Assembly (NCBI RefSeq): GCF_000143415.4
Contig: NW_003314383.1
Coordinates: 1-64,000 of the forward strand
Length of the DNA stretch: 64,000 bases
Source of the DNA: Selaginella moellendorffii
Taxonomy: Eukaryota; Plantae; Lycopodiophyta
Reading direction: 5' to 3'
Shown here in pieces: positions 13,926 through 27,600 of this stretch (position 1 is its first letter; the number at the start of each line of letters is the position of its first letter). Made by a program: the position numbers and the translations under genes. The notes below the pieces were generated by a model. The model saw only the letters and a list, made by a program, of their open reading frames with translations, made no database searches and had not been told where the DNA came from.

Positions 13926-15037
13926 GACATTTGGGGATTATATTGAGATTTGAGGTAGCTTTGGGCCATCACAAGCCCCAAAGGAAAAAAAATCTTGAGT
14001 TTTGGAGCTGTGGAGTCTTCAAGCATTCTTTTGATTGATTTCTGAGACTGTTTGTTGGCACTTCCATTGGGCTCTAGTGGCACCAGTAGTGTAAAATCCC
14101 GTGTTGAAACACAGCACCTGTTCTTTTCTTTGCTCATGGTTCGATCTTGTGCTGCTGGAACTGCTGCTGGTAGCTATGCGAAGGTCAGGTTTGAGAGCTG
14201 TTTACCGCAACTGAGTGGCTTCGTGGAGCTTCAACTAGGATTGGCAGCTGGTACAACCTGCTCTTGGCAGAAGAGGCTTTTGGAATTTGTATTTGGCAAC
14301 CTTCTGATCTAGACTGGCCGCTTCATGCTGCATACTTCGCTTCACACCTCATTCATAAAGACAGAGAAGAAGTACGGTGAAGGAGCAGTGAAGATGGTGT
14401 ACACACTCCAGTGCTTCTGGCACATGCTGCTTGGCAGCCATATCCTTTTGCATGTTATGTACTAATCTCTTACACACGTTCTTTCTCCTTTCTCAAAAGG
14501 GATCCAAGTCAGTTCCCTGTCACTACTGTGCACACATTGTTCCAGCTGCTCTCAAAAACGTTGCCCAGAGTCCAAAAAGATTCCACAGGACTTCACAAAA
14601 GCTGGATTGGGCTTCAAGCGCAGGGTTATTTTTTGCTGCACGGATCCTTAAATCATCTTACTCCACATGGTGTTCTTCTTTGGTGCGTGATGGAGCAAGA
14701 GATCCCAGATTTTCTGGAGCTTTTCATAAATGCACTGGGCACCTTTCTGGAAAGACAACAGCACAGCTTCTGTCTGTCTTGACATGGATATTTTTTAGAG
14801 AACAATGAATGCCCAATGGTGTTTCAAATTGGCAATGGAAATCACTCACCAGCATACTTGACTCCTAAGGTCCGATGCTTCATATTCAACAATGGACAGG
14901 TTGGAAGCTGAGCCTAAAGGACAAAACCTGTAAAAGAAAAGCTACAAAGGCTACTAGTATTTCTTTCATAATATTAAAAGTCACTAAGTTATGAAAAGTA
15001 TTGTAAGTCACTAAGTCATTTTCTTCATTCACCAGCT

Positions 15038-15062
15038 AGAGAGAGAGAGAGAGAGAGAGAGA
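15038..15062. repeat. (GA)n microsatellite upstream of the IQ gene
   Basis: Direct reading: about 12 AG units. Confidence 0.95.
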
Positions 15063-15269
15063 ACTTTCTTGGAATGGAACATTGCCCCTCTTTTTCCAGA
15101 AGAGGAGTTCGTTACATTGGACATAAACCATAGTGTTTCGGAGGACCAGTACGTTGGTGTTTCTTTTCCACTAAGGCGATTGTAATTCTCAAACCACGGA
15201 CAGGATTTATAATATCTGGGCATTCCAGGTATTGCCGCATTGTCCTTCTTAAGGTTTCCCTAGGTGGAA

Positions 15270-18200
15270 ATGGAGTTGGACGAAATTATTGCTAGAAGTT
15301 CTATTTGCGAGAGCAGCAGTAGTTTCTTTGGGGGTTGGGCCGAAGGTACAGTCTTCACATTCAACTGCGCAAAGAAAACGATCAACTCATATAGCAACAA
15401 AGTTGAGCGATCCATAGGAATAGGAGGAGCCCAAAACCAAGATGTGGATATATGTAGGATGGAACAGGAAAAGGGGGTGTTTGGAAAACTGAAGCAATGG
15501 ATTGATAAGGACAATGGAAGATGGAAGGAGGACAAAATCAGGTTTATTAAACAGGTCAATGCTCATTCCAAAACAGAAGGAAAGCATGCCAACGCAAAAG
15601 CAATTTTAACGTATCACGGAGACGATGGTTATTACAGATTAAATACTCGTTATACTGATCATAATGGACAAGCTGAGGAGCACCACAACAACATTTTGGT
15701 CAAGATAGTGCCAGAACAGCAAAACATCAAAGGCAGAGAGACAGATAGAGTGACTGATCATTGCTACGGAAAATCAGACTTTGCTCCTGCTACGCGGTTT
15801 CCAGAGATTGATCCGCCAAGGTCGTTCATTTCAATCAAGAAATTGGTTAGCACCAACAAAAATGAAGTCCCAGAGAAAAGGACTAAGACCCCCAGGGAAA
15901 CTCCGAGAATTCCTGAGTATGCTTATCAATGTGCGCGATTTAAGGGGAATTGCGAGCGTCGCAAAAGTCTTAGCCCTGCTAAGAAAGCATATGAGCTTAG
16001 GAACGGGTTTAAAGAAAGAGTAAGTGCCAAGTTGATGGATCAGAAGTCTGATGACATGGCGAAAGAACCTATTCAAGGAAAACTCCTTAAAGTTTATGGA
16101 GGATGTGTGTGCATGGTGAACCAGAGCTCCATGCAAGAGACAATGATTATTTCAGAAAAGAAAACGTTGAAAGTACTTCAGAACATGACGGATGTCCGCA
16201 ATAATGAAGTACCCTCAGAGACTTCTAAACTTCAGATGTCAGTGAAAAAGTGGAATGATGATGGAGTCTATTCATCTCCTATGCGATCTCTCAGAGGTAC
16301 TTCTGAGGACCTCGTTGTTAGAAAGGCCGATAAAGCTGACAGAAACTGTGTATGTGTTCCAACACAGAGTCTTGTATGTGATGCGTGTGTAAGCATTTTA
16401 AGAAAGGCAAACCAGGAAGCTAATGCAAAACGGAGATTCAAACACCGTGGTAACTTTGGTCACAACATGACATACCGTTCCCTATTTGGAAAGAGAGCAA
16501 TATATGATCCTGGTGTGGGGAAGGAGTCACAGGCTATTTTTGTCACAACAGTGAAAAAAAGAAAGCAAGATAAGTCTATGGGCAGCGTCAACAATCCCAC
16601 AGAAACCTTTGAAAGCACCTTTAGCAGCATTGTTGCTGCAGATGATACTTCTCGGCTATCAAAACAGCAGCAGTCATTTGACGAAAGTCAAAGCAATGAG
16701 CATGATATTGTAAACCTGAAAAGTATTGTAAAGCGCTGCAAAATTCCTTCTGAGACCCCATTCCCAAGAAGTGAATCCACTGAACTTTTGATTTCACTTC
16801 AGAAGCAACAAGAAGAAGCTGAAAGGTGTAGCATTCAGATTTTAGAAGAGAGGATGCTTAAGGCTTTTGAGAAAGAAATTGATAAGATGCACAAGAACTC
16901 TCCAATGTTAACGAGAAAAGAAGCCTACCAACAAACTGTGTCCCAAGCTGAACTAGAAAATACCAAGAATGAAGAGTCCACTGGAGCTGCGCTTCGAAAT
17001 GAGCTTGAATTTAAGCTCCAATTTCCAGAACTGGTAAACTTGGACTCTGGGCTGTCAAGGATACATGTCAAACCCGAGGAAATGTTTCCGGAGCTTATCA
17101 GTGTGCCCAGTAATAAGATACGTCCGAAGGACGCAGCCGCAACATTCAAGTCCTCTCAATTTTCAATTCGAGATATTGTGTTGAATAACCAGAAACATCC
17201 TCAAATTCTTTTTCATGTGGAGAATGATCAAGAGCAAAGGGTACCACTCCTGGACCATGCAGATTCTTCAGGTAGTTTGAATTACAGATATTGTCCTCAT
17301 CCACCAAAACGTTCTCAAGGGTCATTCATGCATCCAAAAGACCTGCCTTGTGGAGAGCGTGGTCAATTTTATTATTACCTTCCAAGATGCTATTCAGCTC
17401 CTGAGCAACCTCACCAACAAAGTATTGATACTGCATATCCTTGTCACCATGCATATGCCGAAGACGTCTTTCTGGAACGGTTTTCACATGCACGGAATGA
17501 GCCTTTCAACTATCATAGACACCTCCATTCGTCTCACTGTGGAGATACCAAACGAAATCAATACGTTGCCAAGGCACCACCAAGTTTTCAACATCTGAAT
17601 ACTCAGCATGTAAAAACAAGAAGATTCTCTCATCTCCCTGATTCTTTATGTTATAGTGTGACTTATCCTTTGACTCAGCATGATTCATTTCCACGTTTTC
17701 AACCTGCTTGGTCCTGGAAAAGTGCTTGCACAAACTCTCATCATTGCCTCATTTCAGATAAGCAACTGGCAGTGAAGCATTCTGCAGTTAGAAAAACACC
17801 AATAAATCCTTGCTTGACGCATTTGCTAACTGCAGAGGAAGCCGAAATTATTTTACGTATCAGGCACACGGTTGACCAGGTAAGTTCATAAATGCTTACA
17901 GCTGTCAGCCTACTTGTCTGCATGCAGACCAAACAAGAAAGCACAGGGAACAATAAACAACCAGCGCATTGTAACCCATCGGCAGACTTTCGAGGCTCTT
18001 GCACGAAAACATATCATAAAAGTGTACTCAGGGCTACTGAATGTGATAAAACTAATCGAGAGAAAGGGAAACCTGTTATGACAGTGAATTCTCAGCTGCA
18101 GGTGAAGATTTTTCCTGTATTTAATCTGCAAATTTGGCATTCATACATGCAGAAACCGTATATGAGAGCCATGAACCTTGAGGCTGCTGCATAAAAAATT

Positions 18201-19219
18201 CAGCGACTCTGGAGAGCCTTAAAGGCACGTTTGTTTTTTTCCATTTTTCTTTTCACTTTAATTAGCATGACCCACGGGATCATGCAGCACCAAAAAAAGG
18301 TGAACGATGAAATGCAGAGCATTCATTCTAAAAAACAGAAAGCTGCGAGAAAATTGCAGAAGGCATGGAGAGATTTTGTAAAAAAGAGACCTAGCAGTGC
18401 AAAGGACTGTAGTGGTATGCAATAAATACTTGTAAACGGAAAAACTAACATAACCTTTTCAGGGACTGTAGAACATGGTCAAGAAAAGAAAACTCAGCAA
18501 GGGATTTGCAACGCCAACTTATGGTAATGGCGACACAAAACCTCAACCATTTTCCTATCTTGTTTTCCAACAGAGAAATTTCAAAGCCATAGTTTCCGTG
18601 TTTGAGCAGCCACGGAAGGGGCAAGGGTCCGACGTAGACTGACTTCGAGGAGGCTCCAAGGAATGGTCAAAGAGATAAAGGTTACTCTCACGGGTGACCA
18701 TCACATATCATGGGTGAATCCTGCAGGAAATTTCCCTATTTCTTGACGAAGCTTCGAAAGATGGTACTTCCCCAAGACTACTTTCACAACTTTCAACACA
18801 GCTGGAACAAAAGCGGCAGCAACTCGATACAGCTTTGAACTGTGAGCCCATCTTTGCTGAAACGTAGGTTAATGGTTACAGAAACAGGTCCGGGAATGGC
18901 AGCAAAATTCCTCCTCAAGAGATGCCCAGCAACTCCAATTTGGGTTTGTTAATCAAGTTCCACATTTTGTATTTGTTTTTAATGGCCCTTTTGCAGTGAT
19001 CGAATTGTTGATTGTAGCAGAAACAGTGTACCTGCACTAAAACTAGATTTCAGGCACACTTATGATCACTGGAACTGCCGCACGTGCCCCCAAAACCCTG
19101 ATGAGACCAAGAAAGAGCTCCCGTGCTTGAGAGCTTGTGCAAGATCAAGTTTAGCCCATGAGAAGAAACCCTGGCTGGTGCGTGTGCTCACTCACAAGAA
19201 CTGTTGCCTGTGTGTGTGA
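15270..19219 (+). CDS. Large multi-exon gene encoding a low-complexity protein with C-terminal IQ calmodulin-binding-like motifs; possibly disrupted
   Basis: 2.6 kb exon 15270-17879 ends at CAG|GTAAGT. Short introns then join in frame: exon 17928-18101; exon 18153-18224 (AAA*KIQRLWRALK, GC donor); exon from 18288 (KAARKLQKAWRDFVKKR); further small exons to a TGA at 19217-19219. The 3' exon phases are uncertain. Confidence 0.75.
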
Positions 19220-19860
19220 TGAATTGCACGCAAATGGAGAGGAATTTGTGACAATCAGAAGATCACAAATCAGAGACAAGAATGAGAAAACAAAAACCTT
19301 TGTTAGATTCTCAGTGACATATCAACATTGTGTTAGCATCTTGTTGTGTGGCAGTCTTGCATGTCATACCCCATACATGACATGTCTCATGGAAAAATTA
19401 TTATGCATACAATCACATTTTGATTGCTCATAATAATTTTGTGTGCAATCAAAAACAAAAAAAATCTGCAGATGAGTAAATAAAAAATGCACCTCCCCAT
19501 AGCCTTTCTGAGCAGAGTCAGATAATTCAATAAATCATTATTAACTAAAGATATACTTGTTTTCCTAGCAGATATTTAGGGAAAGACCATGTGTTTGAAT
19601 GTACATAATCATATTACCAAGTTATTAAGTTAAGCATATAAAGGACTTTCTTATTTGATAAATAATTGACTATGGCTTCTTCAAAATTTGCTTGAGTGGA
19701 GTTTTTTTATGTCAAGTTTAGTAAGAGAAATGGAGTTTGGCATTATTTTTAACGAATTAGATGCCAGTTTTAACAACATAGTCAATATAGGTCAAAGGTC
19801 ACATGAGGTATGAATTAGGGTTAAGGATACATAACCTACCCGAGAAGCTCACAGTAGTGG

Positions 19861-20060
19861 TAGAGCTTTTGAAGTAGGTCAAGGGTAGTTAGGTGGTGAG
19901 AACTTACATTGGCATATTAGAGCTTTTGAAGTAGGTCAAGGGTAGTTAGGCGGTGAGTCAAGAGGAGGTGTACCATTATTTAGTTGAGGCTAGGCAACAT
20001 GGTATGAAGCTCAAGCTTAGAATTATTTAGTTAAGGCTAGGCAATATAGTATGGAGCTCA
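19861..20060. repeat. Two short local tandem duplications
   Basis: agagcttttgaagtaggtcaagggtagttagg occurs twice, and attatttagtt(g/a)aggctaggcaa...gctcaa occurs twice. Confidence 0.8.
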
Positions 20061-20086
20061 AATTTAAACCTAAGTTAAATACACAG

Positions 20087-20232
20087 TGTAAGCTCATGAA
20101 TTTAGACTTTTCAGGAGGTCACTCAATCTAGTACTACTCAAACCCAAGGAGGTTTATCCCCAAATATCCCAAGATTCTTAACTGATTGGAAAACAGGGGT
20201 GTACAATTATTAATGAGCCCTTTCCTTGTATA
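20087..20232 (-). mobile_element. Truncated Cassandra-type LTR
   Basis: TGTAAGCTC start, colinear with the LTRs of 21012-21606 including the 5S-like core. Confidence 0.8.
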
Positions 20233-20257
20233 TCCACCAATTAAAAGTGTACTTGCT

Positions 20258-20562
20258 TGTGAGGCACAAATCTCTAAGCCCCAAAGTGGAGTTGAAAGTG
20301 TGCCATATGGCAGTGGTCGAAATGGAAGTCCAACAAGCATAACAAGTTGGGACCAAAAGCTCTGACCTAAAAAGTTGAGAGCGGGAGTGGAACTTCGAAT
20401 GAAGTGCTCAAGGAATAAGTATGAAGCTATTGATGAATAAATCTCTAGAAAGGGACACAAGAAGGATTGACACATGGCATGTGTTGTGACATATAGAAGT
20501 GTCTGGACCAAGTTCGAGAAGGACTCCGAGATGGAGCCTGAGGTTGAGTCCTAGATGGAGAC
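20258..20562 (+). mobile_element. Family D LTR fragment
   Basis: Begins TGTGAGGCACAAATC like the LTRs at 22987 and 28371. Confidence 0.7.
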
Positions 20563-21011
20563 TGTAAGGAGCCAACTCCCCAAGGTGTCATTGGCTAAAG
20601 GATCTCTAAAACCATAACCGAAACGATAAAGAATTTATCACATGAGACCTACTCTAAGATCGAGTCTGAGACCGAGTCTGAGACCAAGTTTGAGACCGAG
20701 TCCGAGACCAAGTTTGTGACCAAGTTCGAGACCAAGTTTGAGACCGAGTTTGAGATCCAAGGTCAAGTCTAAGATCGAGTTCAAGATCAAGTTCGAGACA
20801 GAGTCTGAATACTAATACAGGTCATGGGGTGAAAACCCAAAAAGATTGTCTTCTAGGAGGAAGGGGTTCAGGGGGTTTCAAAAGTATAGTAGGGATAGTG
20901 AGGTCAAGAAACTAGTTTCTCTAATAGTGCTTCCAAACTAATTTAAGGTTGGGACTGGGGGTGAGAGGCCTTGGGTGGGAGTGAGCACAAACTTAGGTGG
21001 TGCTAGAGAGG

Positions 21012-21606
21012 TGTAAGCTCCTGAGTTTCGACTTCCCGAAAATTCACCCAACCCAGTACTATTCAAACCCAAGGATGCTTGACACCCCAAATATCCTAAG
21101 ACCCTTAATTGATTGGAAAAGGGAGTACACTCTTGTTCATGGGCCCTTTCCCTTTATATTTGAACCCCTATATATCGTCTCTTGAGTCATTCCCTTTGGT
21201 TGTTTACAATTCACCATGCTTCCCTGCAAATTCACACTTCGTGAATGGAAGTTGAGAGCCACAGCTCTCCTGAGAGCCTCGCTCTCTTGACACCTTACCC
21301 CTCGGGTTGAGCCTAGCCGAAGCAAGTTGAACCTGCCAAATGTCAATCAACATGTGGTGTGATTCCCCTAGCCAACTAACAAAGTCGGACCCAAGACCTC
21401 TCTGATACCAAATGTAAATTTCTGAGCTTAGACTTTCCAGAAGGTCACCCAGCTTAGTACTATTTAAACTCAAGGATACTTAACCCCAAATATCCCAAGA
21501 CCCTTAACCAATTGGAAAGGGGGTGCATTCTTGTTCATGGGCTCTTTCTCTATATATTTGAACCCTTATGGATTGTCTCTTGAGCTGTTCCTTTTGGTTG
21601 CTTACA
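21012..21606 (-). mobile_element. Cassandra-type TRIM (older copy)
   Basis: LTRs 21012-21208 and 21413-21606 with 5S-like cores. Internal ~200 bp carries the reverse-complement PBS (CTCTGATACCA) and PPT. Colinear with 37121-37712. Confidence 0.9.
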
Positions 21607-24600
21607 CCTTGGCAATAGTTAAGTTCCTTTGCTACATTTCTGCCTATTTTACCAGCTCCTACTTAATTCTCCTTAAGCTATTCACTACATGAATAATAGA
21701 GTGTTAGCCATCTGTCCACGGATTCCCAAATTCTCTCCCAATCCCCCTCCTTGGGTTAGATTGTACTTAAGGTTTAATTACACTCCCTAAAGGCACAAGT
21801 AGCCAAGCACACTAAGCTTCTAGGTTCTTAACATCCCTTAGTACCACAAGACATGATCATAAGACACTCTAAATCATAAGTTTTAGGTGCATCTTTTGCT
21901 TCAAGACCCCAGAGGGAAACACTGTGGCAAAATGGCCTAGTAGAGGTACCCCTACTCCCCCACTTCTATCCCAAAGGGAAGGCCCAAGCCCCTAGGAAAG
22001 AGCAAGGACCAATGAGCCGTATGGTACTCAAATGAGGCACCAATCCACCTGAGCTAGGAGCACTGTAGTTGGTTTCCCCTTTGGGAGTGGGAGCTACACT
22101 TTCTTGGGTGGCCTCTTGTAAGTGATTAAATTTTCCATTCTACTTTAGTCACTTAACCACACCTTTGACCACTTAGAGGGGTCTCACTCACAACCTCCAT
22201 AAGTCCTATTCCAGACTTCAGGCGTGCTATCCCCGAGAATGGCATCCATGCCACTCAACCTTTGCATTTGGTCCAAGTGCTCTATGTATCCGATCTCATG
22301 ATCGACACGCAAAGGTACCATCAATATATTAGCCTATTATGCTAAGGCCATGCCCATTCACCTTTGTCACACTAGTGGTCCAAAACCAACTACATCACAA
22401 TCGTATCCCTCAAAGACTGAGCCCTTTGTCCATGAGTGATCATTCTAGATCCACTCCTTAACATCCTTAGGATGCCCGCAGACATGGGGAATAACTTTCC
22501 CCAATATCCCTTTTATGGTCCGCACCAAGTCCTTTTCTGTCCATAACTTTGTTCGCCAATACTGCCATTGGATCAAGGCCCACAGGCCCCACCACTAAGT
22601 CCCACTGTCTTCTGGGACTTTCTCACCATATGCTAGAGGACTGCTCCTCTTCCTTTTCACAATTTGGGACTTTAGGACAACATTTAGAAACACCATAACC
22701 CTACATGAGCCTCATGTGTACTCTCCCCACCTTTTGCCTTTGGGTGCTCTAGCCATGAGGCTAAAGTGAGGTTCCATTGAGCCACACTAGGCATCCAAGT
22801 AGGTAGTGCCACCCACACTTAGACTGGGAGCACTGACCATTCAATCTTCCAGGGGAACTAGAGCTGGCTTTAAACACTTCACCAAGCTACCCCACTTGTC
22901 GGTTCATATTCACTCTAGCCTTGGACTTCCCAATGGTTATATCATCATCCAACACTTAGGTATAGCCTTTCTGAGCCACATTGGCTTGTGAGACACAAAT
23001 CCCTAATCCCCAAAGTGGAGCCAAAAGAGTGCCACGTGGTAGTGGCTGAAGCAAAAGTGAAACAATCATAACATGTTTGGACTAAAAGCTCCAACTTGAA
23101 GAGTCGAGAGCGGGAGTGGAACTCCCGATGGAGTGCTCAAGGAATGAGCATGAAGTGAGCAATAAAAGAGTCTCTAGATAAGGGACACAAGAGGACCAAC
23201 ACATGACACGTGGTGGAGTCTGAGATGGGACCTGAGATGGACCTGAGATGGAGTTTGAGATGGAGTCCGAATGGAGTCAAAGATGGACACAAGATGGACC
23301 CAAGATGGAGTCCAAGATGGAGTCCGAGATGGACCTGAGATGGAGTCCGAGATGGACTGAGATGGAATCCGAGATGGAGTCGGAGATGGACCCGAGATGG
23401 AGTCTGACATGGACCGAGATGGAGTTTAAGATGGACCCGAGATGGAGTCCGAAATGGACTGAGATGGAGTTCGAGATGGAGTTTGAGAAGGACCTGAGAT
23501 GGAGTTTGAGGTCAAGACCAAGACCGAGACTAAGACAGAGACTGGGACTGAGATCAAGACCAAGGCCAAGGCCGAGCCCGAGTCCAACTCCGAGTCCAAG
23601 TCTGAGTCTGAGTCTGAGTCCGAGTCCGAGTTTGAGTTTGAGTCCGAGTCCGAGTCCGAGTTCGAGTCCAAGGGTGAAAGCCTAAAGCGTTCGTCTCCCA
23701 GACCCAGGGGGGTTTGGTGAGCTCCAAAAGTACAGTAGAGGGAGGACTCTAGTGGAGCCAGTTTGGCCAAGAAAGGCTAATTTGGCCCAAAAAGGCTGTA
23801 CCCAGGTGTTGGGTGATGGGATAACCACTGGGAAGTCCAAGGTTAGAGTGAATATGGACTGACAAGTGGGGTGGTTTGGTGAAGTGTTCAAGAATCGGCT
23901 CTAGTTCCCCTAGGAGATCGAATGGTCAATGCTCCCAGTCCAAGCATGGGTGGCACTACCTACTTGCATACCTAGCGTGGCTCAATTTGGTATCGAAGCT
24001 ATTCCTTAGTTTGACTTTTATTGGTGCTCAAGTATATCACCACTTGTATTGGCATTGAAAGGTCTGAGGAGTGGGCTTATCCTTGAGGAGTAGCAGGTCA
24101 GGAGGACATAGCTCTCGACTATAATTCATGTGTAAACTTGTAGGCAAGGTGGTAGATAGAAAAGGGACAATAAGGGAATGACTTTAGGATCTTGGGAATA
24201 GTATAAAGTTTTCCTTAAAGAGTTGAGGATGTGATCCAAATGAGTGTTTGATTCAGCAAACTGGCTAATGTAGTTGTGGTAAACAAGTATAGTTGGGATC
24301 ACGGGAAAGATAGAGACTCCAAAATAATAAAGGAGTCACAAAATTATCCTCATATAGTTGAGGTTAGTGCTCATGAATTTGAGACCAAAATTAATGACTG
24401 TGGGAAGTCAAATATGGAAAAGGACACAAGTCCTTGAAATGGTAGCCGGGCCTACCCTTAATAAATGCTAGAACAATTCAAGAGATTGGGGGTGTACTTA
24501 AAGGATGAGTTGGAATTCTCATCACATGGACAAATAATCCTAAGAGGCAAAAGTAACCCATATGGAACAAAGAATAATCAAGTGTCGGAATAACACTTGT

Positions 24601-27600
24601 AAGAATGGTCCTTATAGGTAGGACATGAATACAAGAAGTTGTATTCTAACAAGCTGGCACTTCAAAAATGAGACTTTTTAGGTCGTCGAATTAATGAAGT
24701 CCAAAAAGAATAATTCGAGTGGAGTCAAGGAATGGTCCTAGAGGACTAGTGGAAGCATTTGGATTGAGGTGTGTTATACCCCACGAAGGATGAGAAGGAT
24801 TATAAGATCCAAGTGTGAGAACAGTGGGTATCTCATTAATGGTAGAATGTGCTATACTAAAGTTATGAGAAAGGGGTTCCCAAAAGAAAGCAACTTTGAT
24901 ACAAAGTTGTGTGTAAATTACATAGTTCAGTGCTAACAGATAGTTGGCATGAGAAACAATTGTATTGGTCTTGGCAAAGACCTAGACACAAGTAAAAAGT
25001 GTCATAAAGGTAGGTTCGTGGAACTGATGGTGTGGAGACACCGAATGTGCCAAGGTGTGATGCCTTGAGGTTAAGTTGGTGAGTTCATGAGAACCCTTTC
25101 CCAAAGGAATCCTAATGAAAATGGGAATGGCATAGCTTAAGCTGGAAGGCATGCAGTTAGAGTGTGGTGACCCAAAATAATGATGGAGATAGGGAAGCAC
25201 TAGTAATAAGTTGTAGGACTTGACAACTATGAGGCAACTAAGCAAAAATGTGCAAAATAATTGATTAAACTGGTAGAAGGTAACTACCTAAGACTTTTTA
25301 TTGGGATAAAGAAGTTAAACATACCCTTATGGGGGATAAATTATTAATATTGCAATATAGTAGGTCAATATTATAAAGGGAATGTTCATTGCCAAAGAAG
25401 GCTATCATTGGGACATCTAAACACTCTAAAACACTAGGAAGTGGTGTTTGGTGTCGTGAGGGCATTAGATAAGGCCCAAGGGACTAAGTCCCTAGCGAAT
25501 GATGGATAGGAAGTGCAATCCAAACGTTCGAGGTTACAAAGATGGGAGAAGTCCGTCTACCCGAATTGGACAAAACCAAAAAGGGATTTTGGCAAGGTTA
25601 GTCATGGGCATATAAAAGCCCATAAGTAGCAATGTTAATCCCAATGTGTGGGAATATAAAGTGAGTATACCCGGATTAAAGAACCACTCTCTAGGCTATT
25701 AGGTAGGTTCATCTCTATGAATACTTGCTAAGGCATGTTGAAAGTGCAAAGCTATCCTTCTAGTCTGGAGGAGAATGACCGAAGAAAATGTATGAGGCCA
25801 AAAAGCAAGTAGTAAAGTGATAGAACTAAACTATAGGAATCAAAGGGTATAACCAAGGGTGGTTATGCAAGTTGGGAATGGAGAATCAAGTGGGGGCTCA
25901 AGCGGTTTATTATTAACAATCGTGATGCCATGGGGAGTCTAAATATGGAATTATCTATGTTAGACCATATGGTAATTAGAAAGCTTGTAAAAAGGAAAGG
26001 CCTTAATAAGCTAAGAAACAAAGTTCGTTGAAGGTTCCCAAAGGTTCCCAATTCTAGGTGGATAAGTACCTAGAAAGCCAAGTGTAAATGGTTTATAGAG
26101 TGTGTGAAATTAGAGTGGCACAAAAAAAGCGTGGTCTTGAAACTTGTCATGAGGCGAGGCTATCAAGGTTAGGGAAGTAGTTCCCAAGTGTTCAAAGAGA
26201 AGGCTTTGAATGAAAGTTAATGGTTAATGACTTTCACGCTTGTGCATGAACCATATTACAATGGTCGAATGACTTGCTAGGTGAGATTAGCAAGTCAGGG
26301 GAACAAATATCTTAGTTGAAGGTGCTAACTTCAAAAGGGGTGGCCCATAAGGCCAAGTATGGAGGAGTCCATACATGATCACAGACATATCAAGTGAAAG
26401 GACTTGGTAGTGCAGAGGAACTAGGTTCCTAAGCCGTGATCTGTAATACGCTTTAAGTATAAGTTGGTGCACCGGCATGGGGAGTCACGCTAAGCATCCT
26501 GTGTGATGCCATCCGTAAATGCATATACAGAGGTTGGGTTCAAGTCCCGACACTTTAGTGCTTGGGTTTGAGTCCCAACTCACTAGGGCGTAGTAATGGT
26601 TTGGAATATAAGGACACTCATTTTTCGGTGGTCATGGACTTTTAGTAAAGAGACTAGCTTGGGCACACTGCCAAGTGGGGGATGCCCCAGAGTCATGATG
26701 CACGGTTAGATTGTTTAGAGTGAAAGCCTGGCATATCTAACTTGAACACTTTGGTGCAAGTGGCACCTAGGATGTGGTGAATGAGATGGGGACACTCAAT
26801 CTTAGTTGCTATGGACCCTTGGCTAGAAAGGTTGGCTTGGGCATACTGCCAAGTGTGGGGGATGCCCCCAAGGTCATCGTTAACAACTTAAAGGTCTAGA
26901 AGACCTAGTACCTATTGGCTAACTTATTAAGGTGCCAAGATAAAATCACTAGGTGATCTTGTGGCTAAATAAAGATAAGGTCCTTATTTGGGTAAGGAAT
27001 AAGGTTCCTAGTTCAAAGTATTAATTTGAATTAATGATAATGGTGTGATTTGATCAAGGTGACCAAGTGTGAAGAACACTTAAGGGAAATGAGCTATGTC
27101 AATGCGATGGCCTAATGAGTTGGAGGGTCACAAAGTTGGGCCGTGGATGGAGCCCATACTAGAAAATGCTAAAAAGACCTACTAGGGGTGAGCACCCTCT
27201 GGACTTGGCAAAGTGAAGCTTTTGCCATGGAACCAAAAGAATACCTCAAGGATGGAGGTAGTGATCCTATATTGCTTGGTTCAACAATCAATGGATAAGA
27301 GCAAAAGACTAGTGGCTAAGAAGAGAGCTATGGGAATCATAGGACAGAACTCAAATGGCAAAGTTAAGCCAGGAACACTAATGTGTTCGATGCTAACAGA
27401 TTGTGGGAAGGCAATGTGTTTCCAATGATGGATTCCTAATTGCTCTGATTTGGTGAAGGTGGAAGCTCCAAGGGAGGGAGTGGCAAGGTAACCAAATGAT
27501 AAGGCTGTGAACAACCTTAGCACAACTTATGATAATTGGAACTTAGTGCCAAATGTGGCACGAAATAGGAGAGAGGGTGATGGTGCCTTTAAGTAAAGAT

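Noticed and set aside
14052-14808. ORFs 14052-14312, 14411-14782 and 14431-14808 as a gene
   Set aside because: No recognisable domain or consistent splice structure. May be a decayed fragment.
18192-18194. U-to-C editing repairing the TAA
   Set aside because: Such editing is organellar, and this gene has spliceosomal introns.
19099-19120. CTGATGAG as a hammerhead (retrozyme) core, also at ~46365
   Set aside because: No stem II followed by GAAA and no flanking helices. The first lies in a probable exon.
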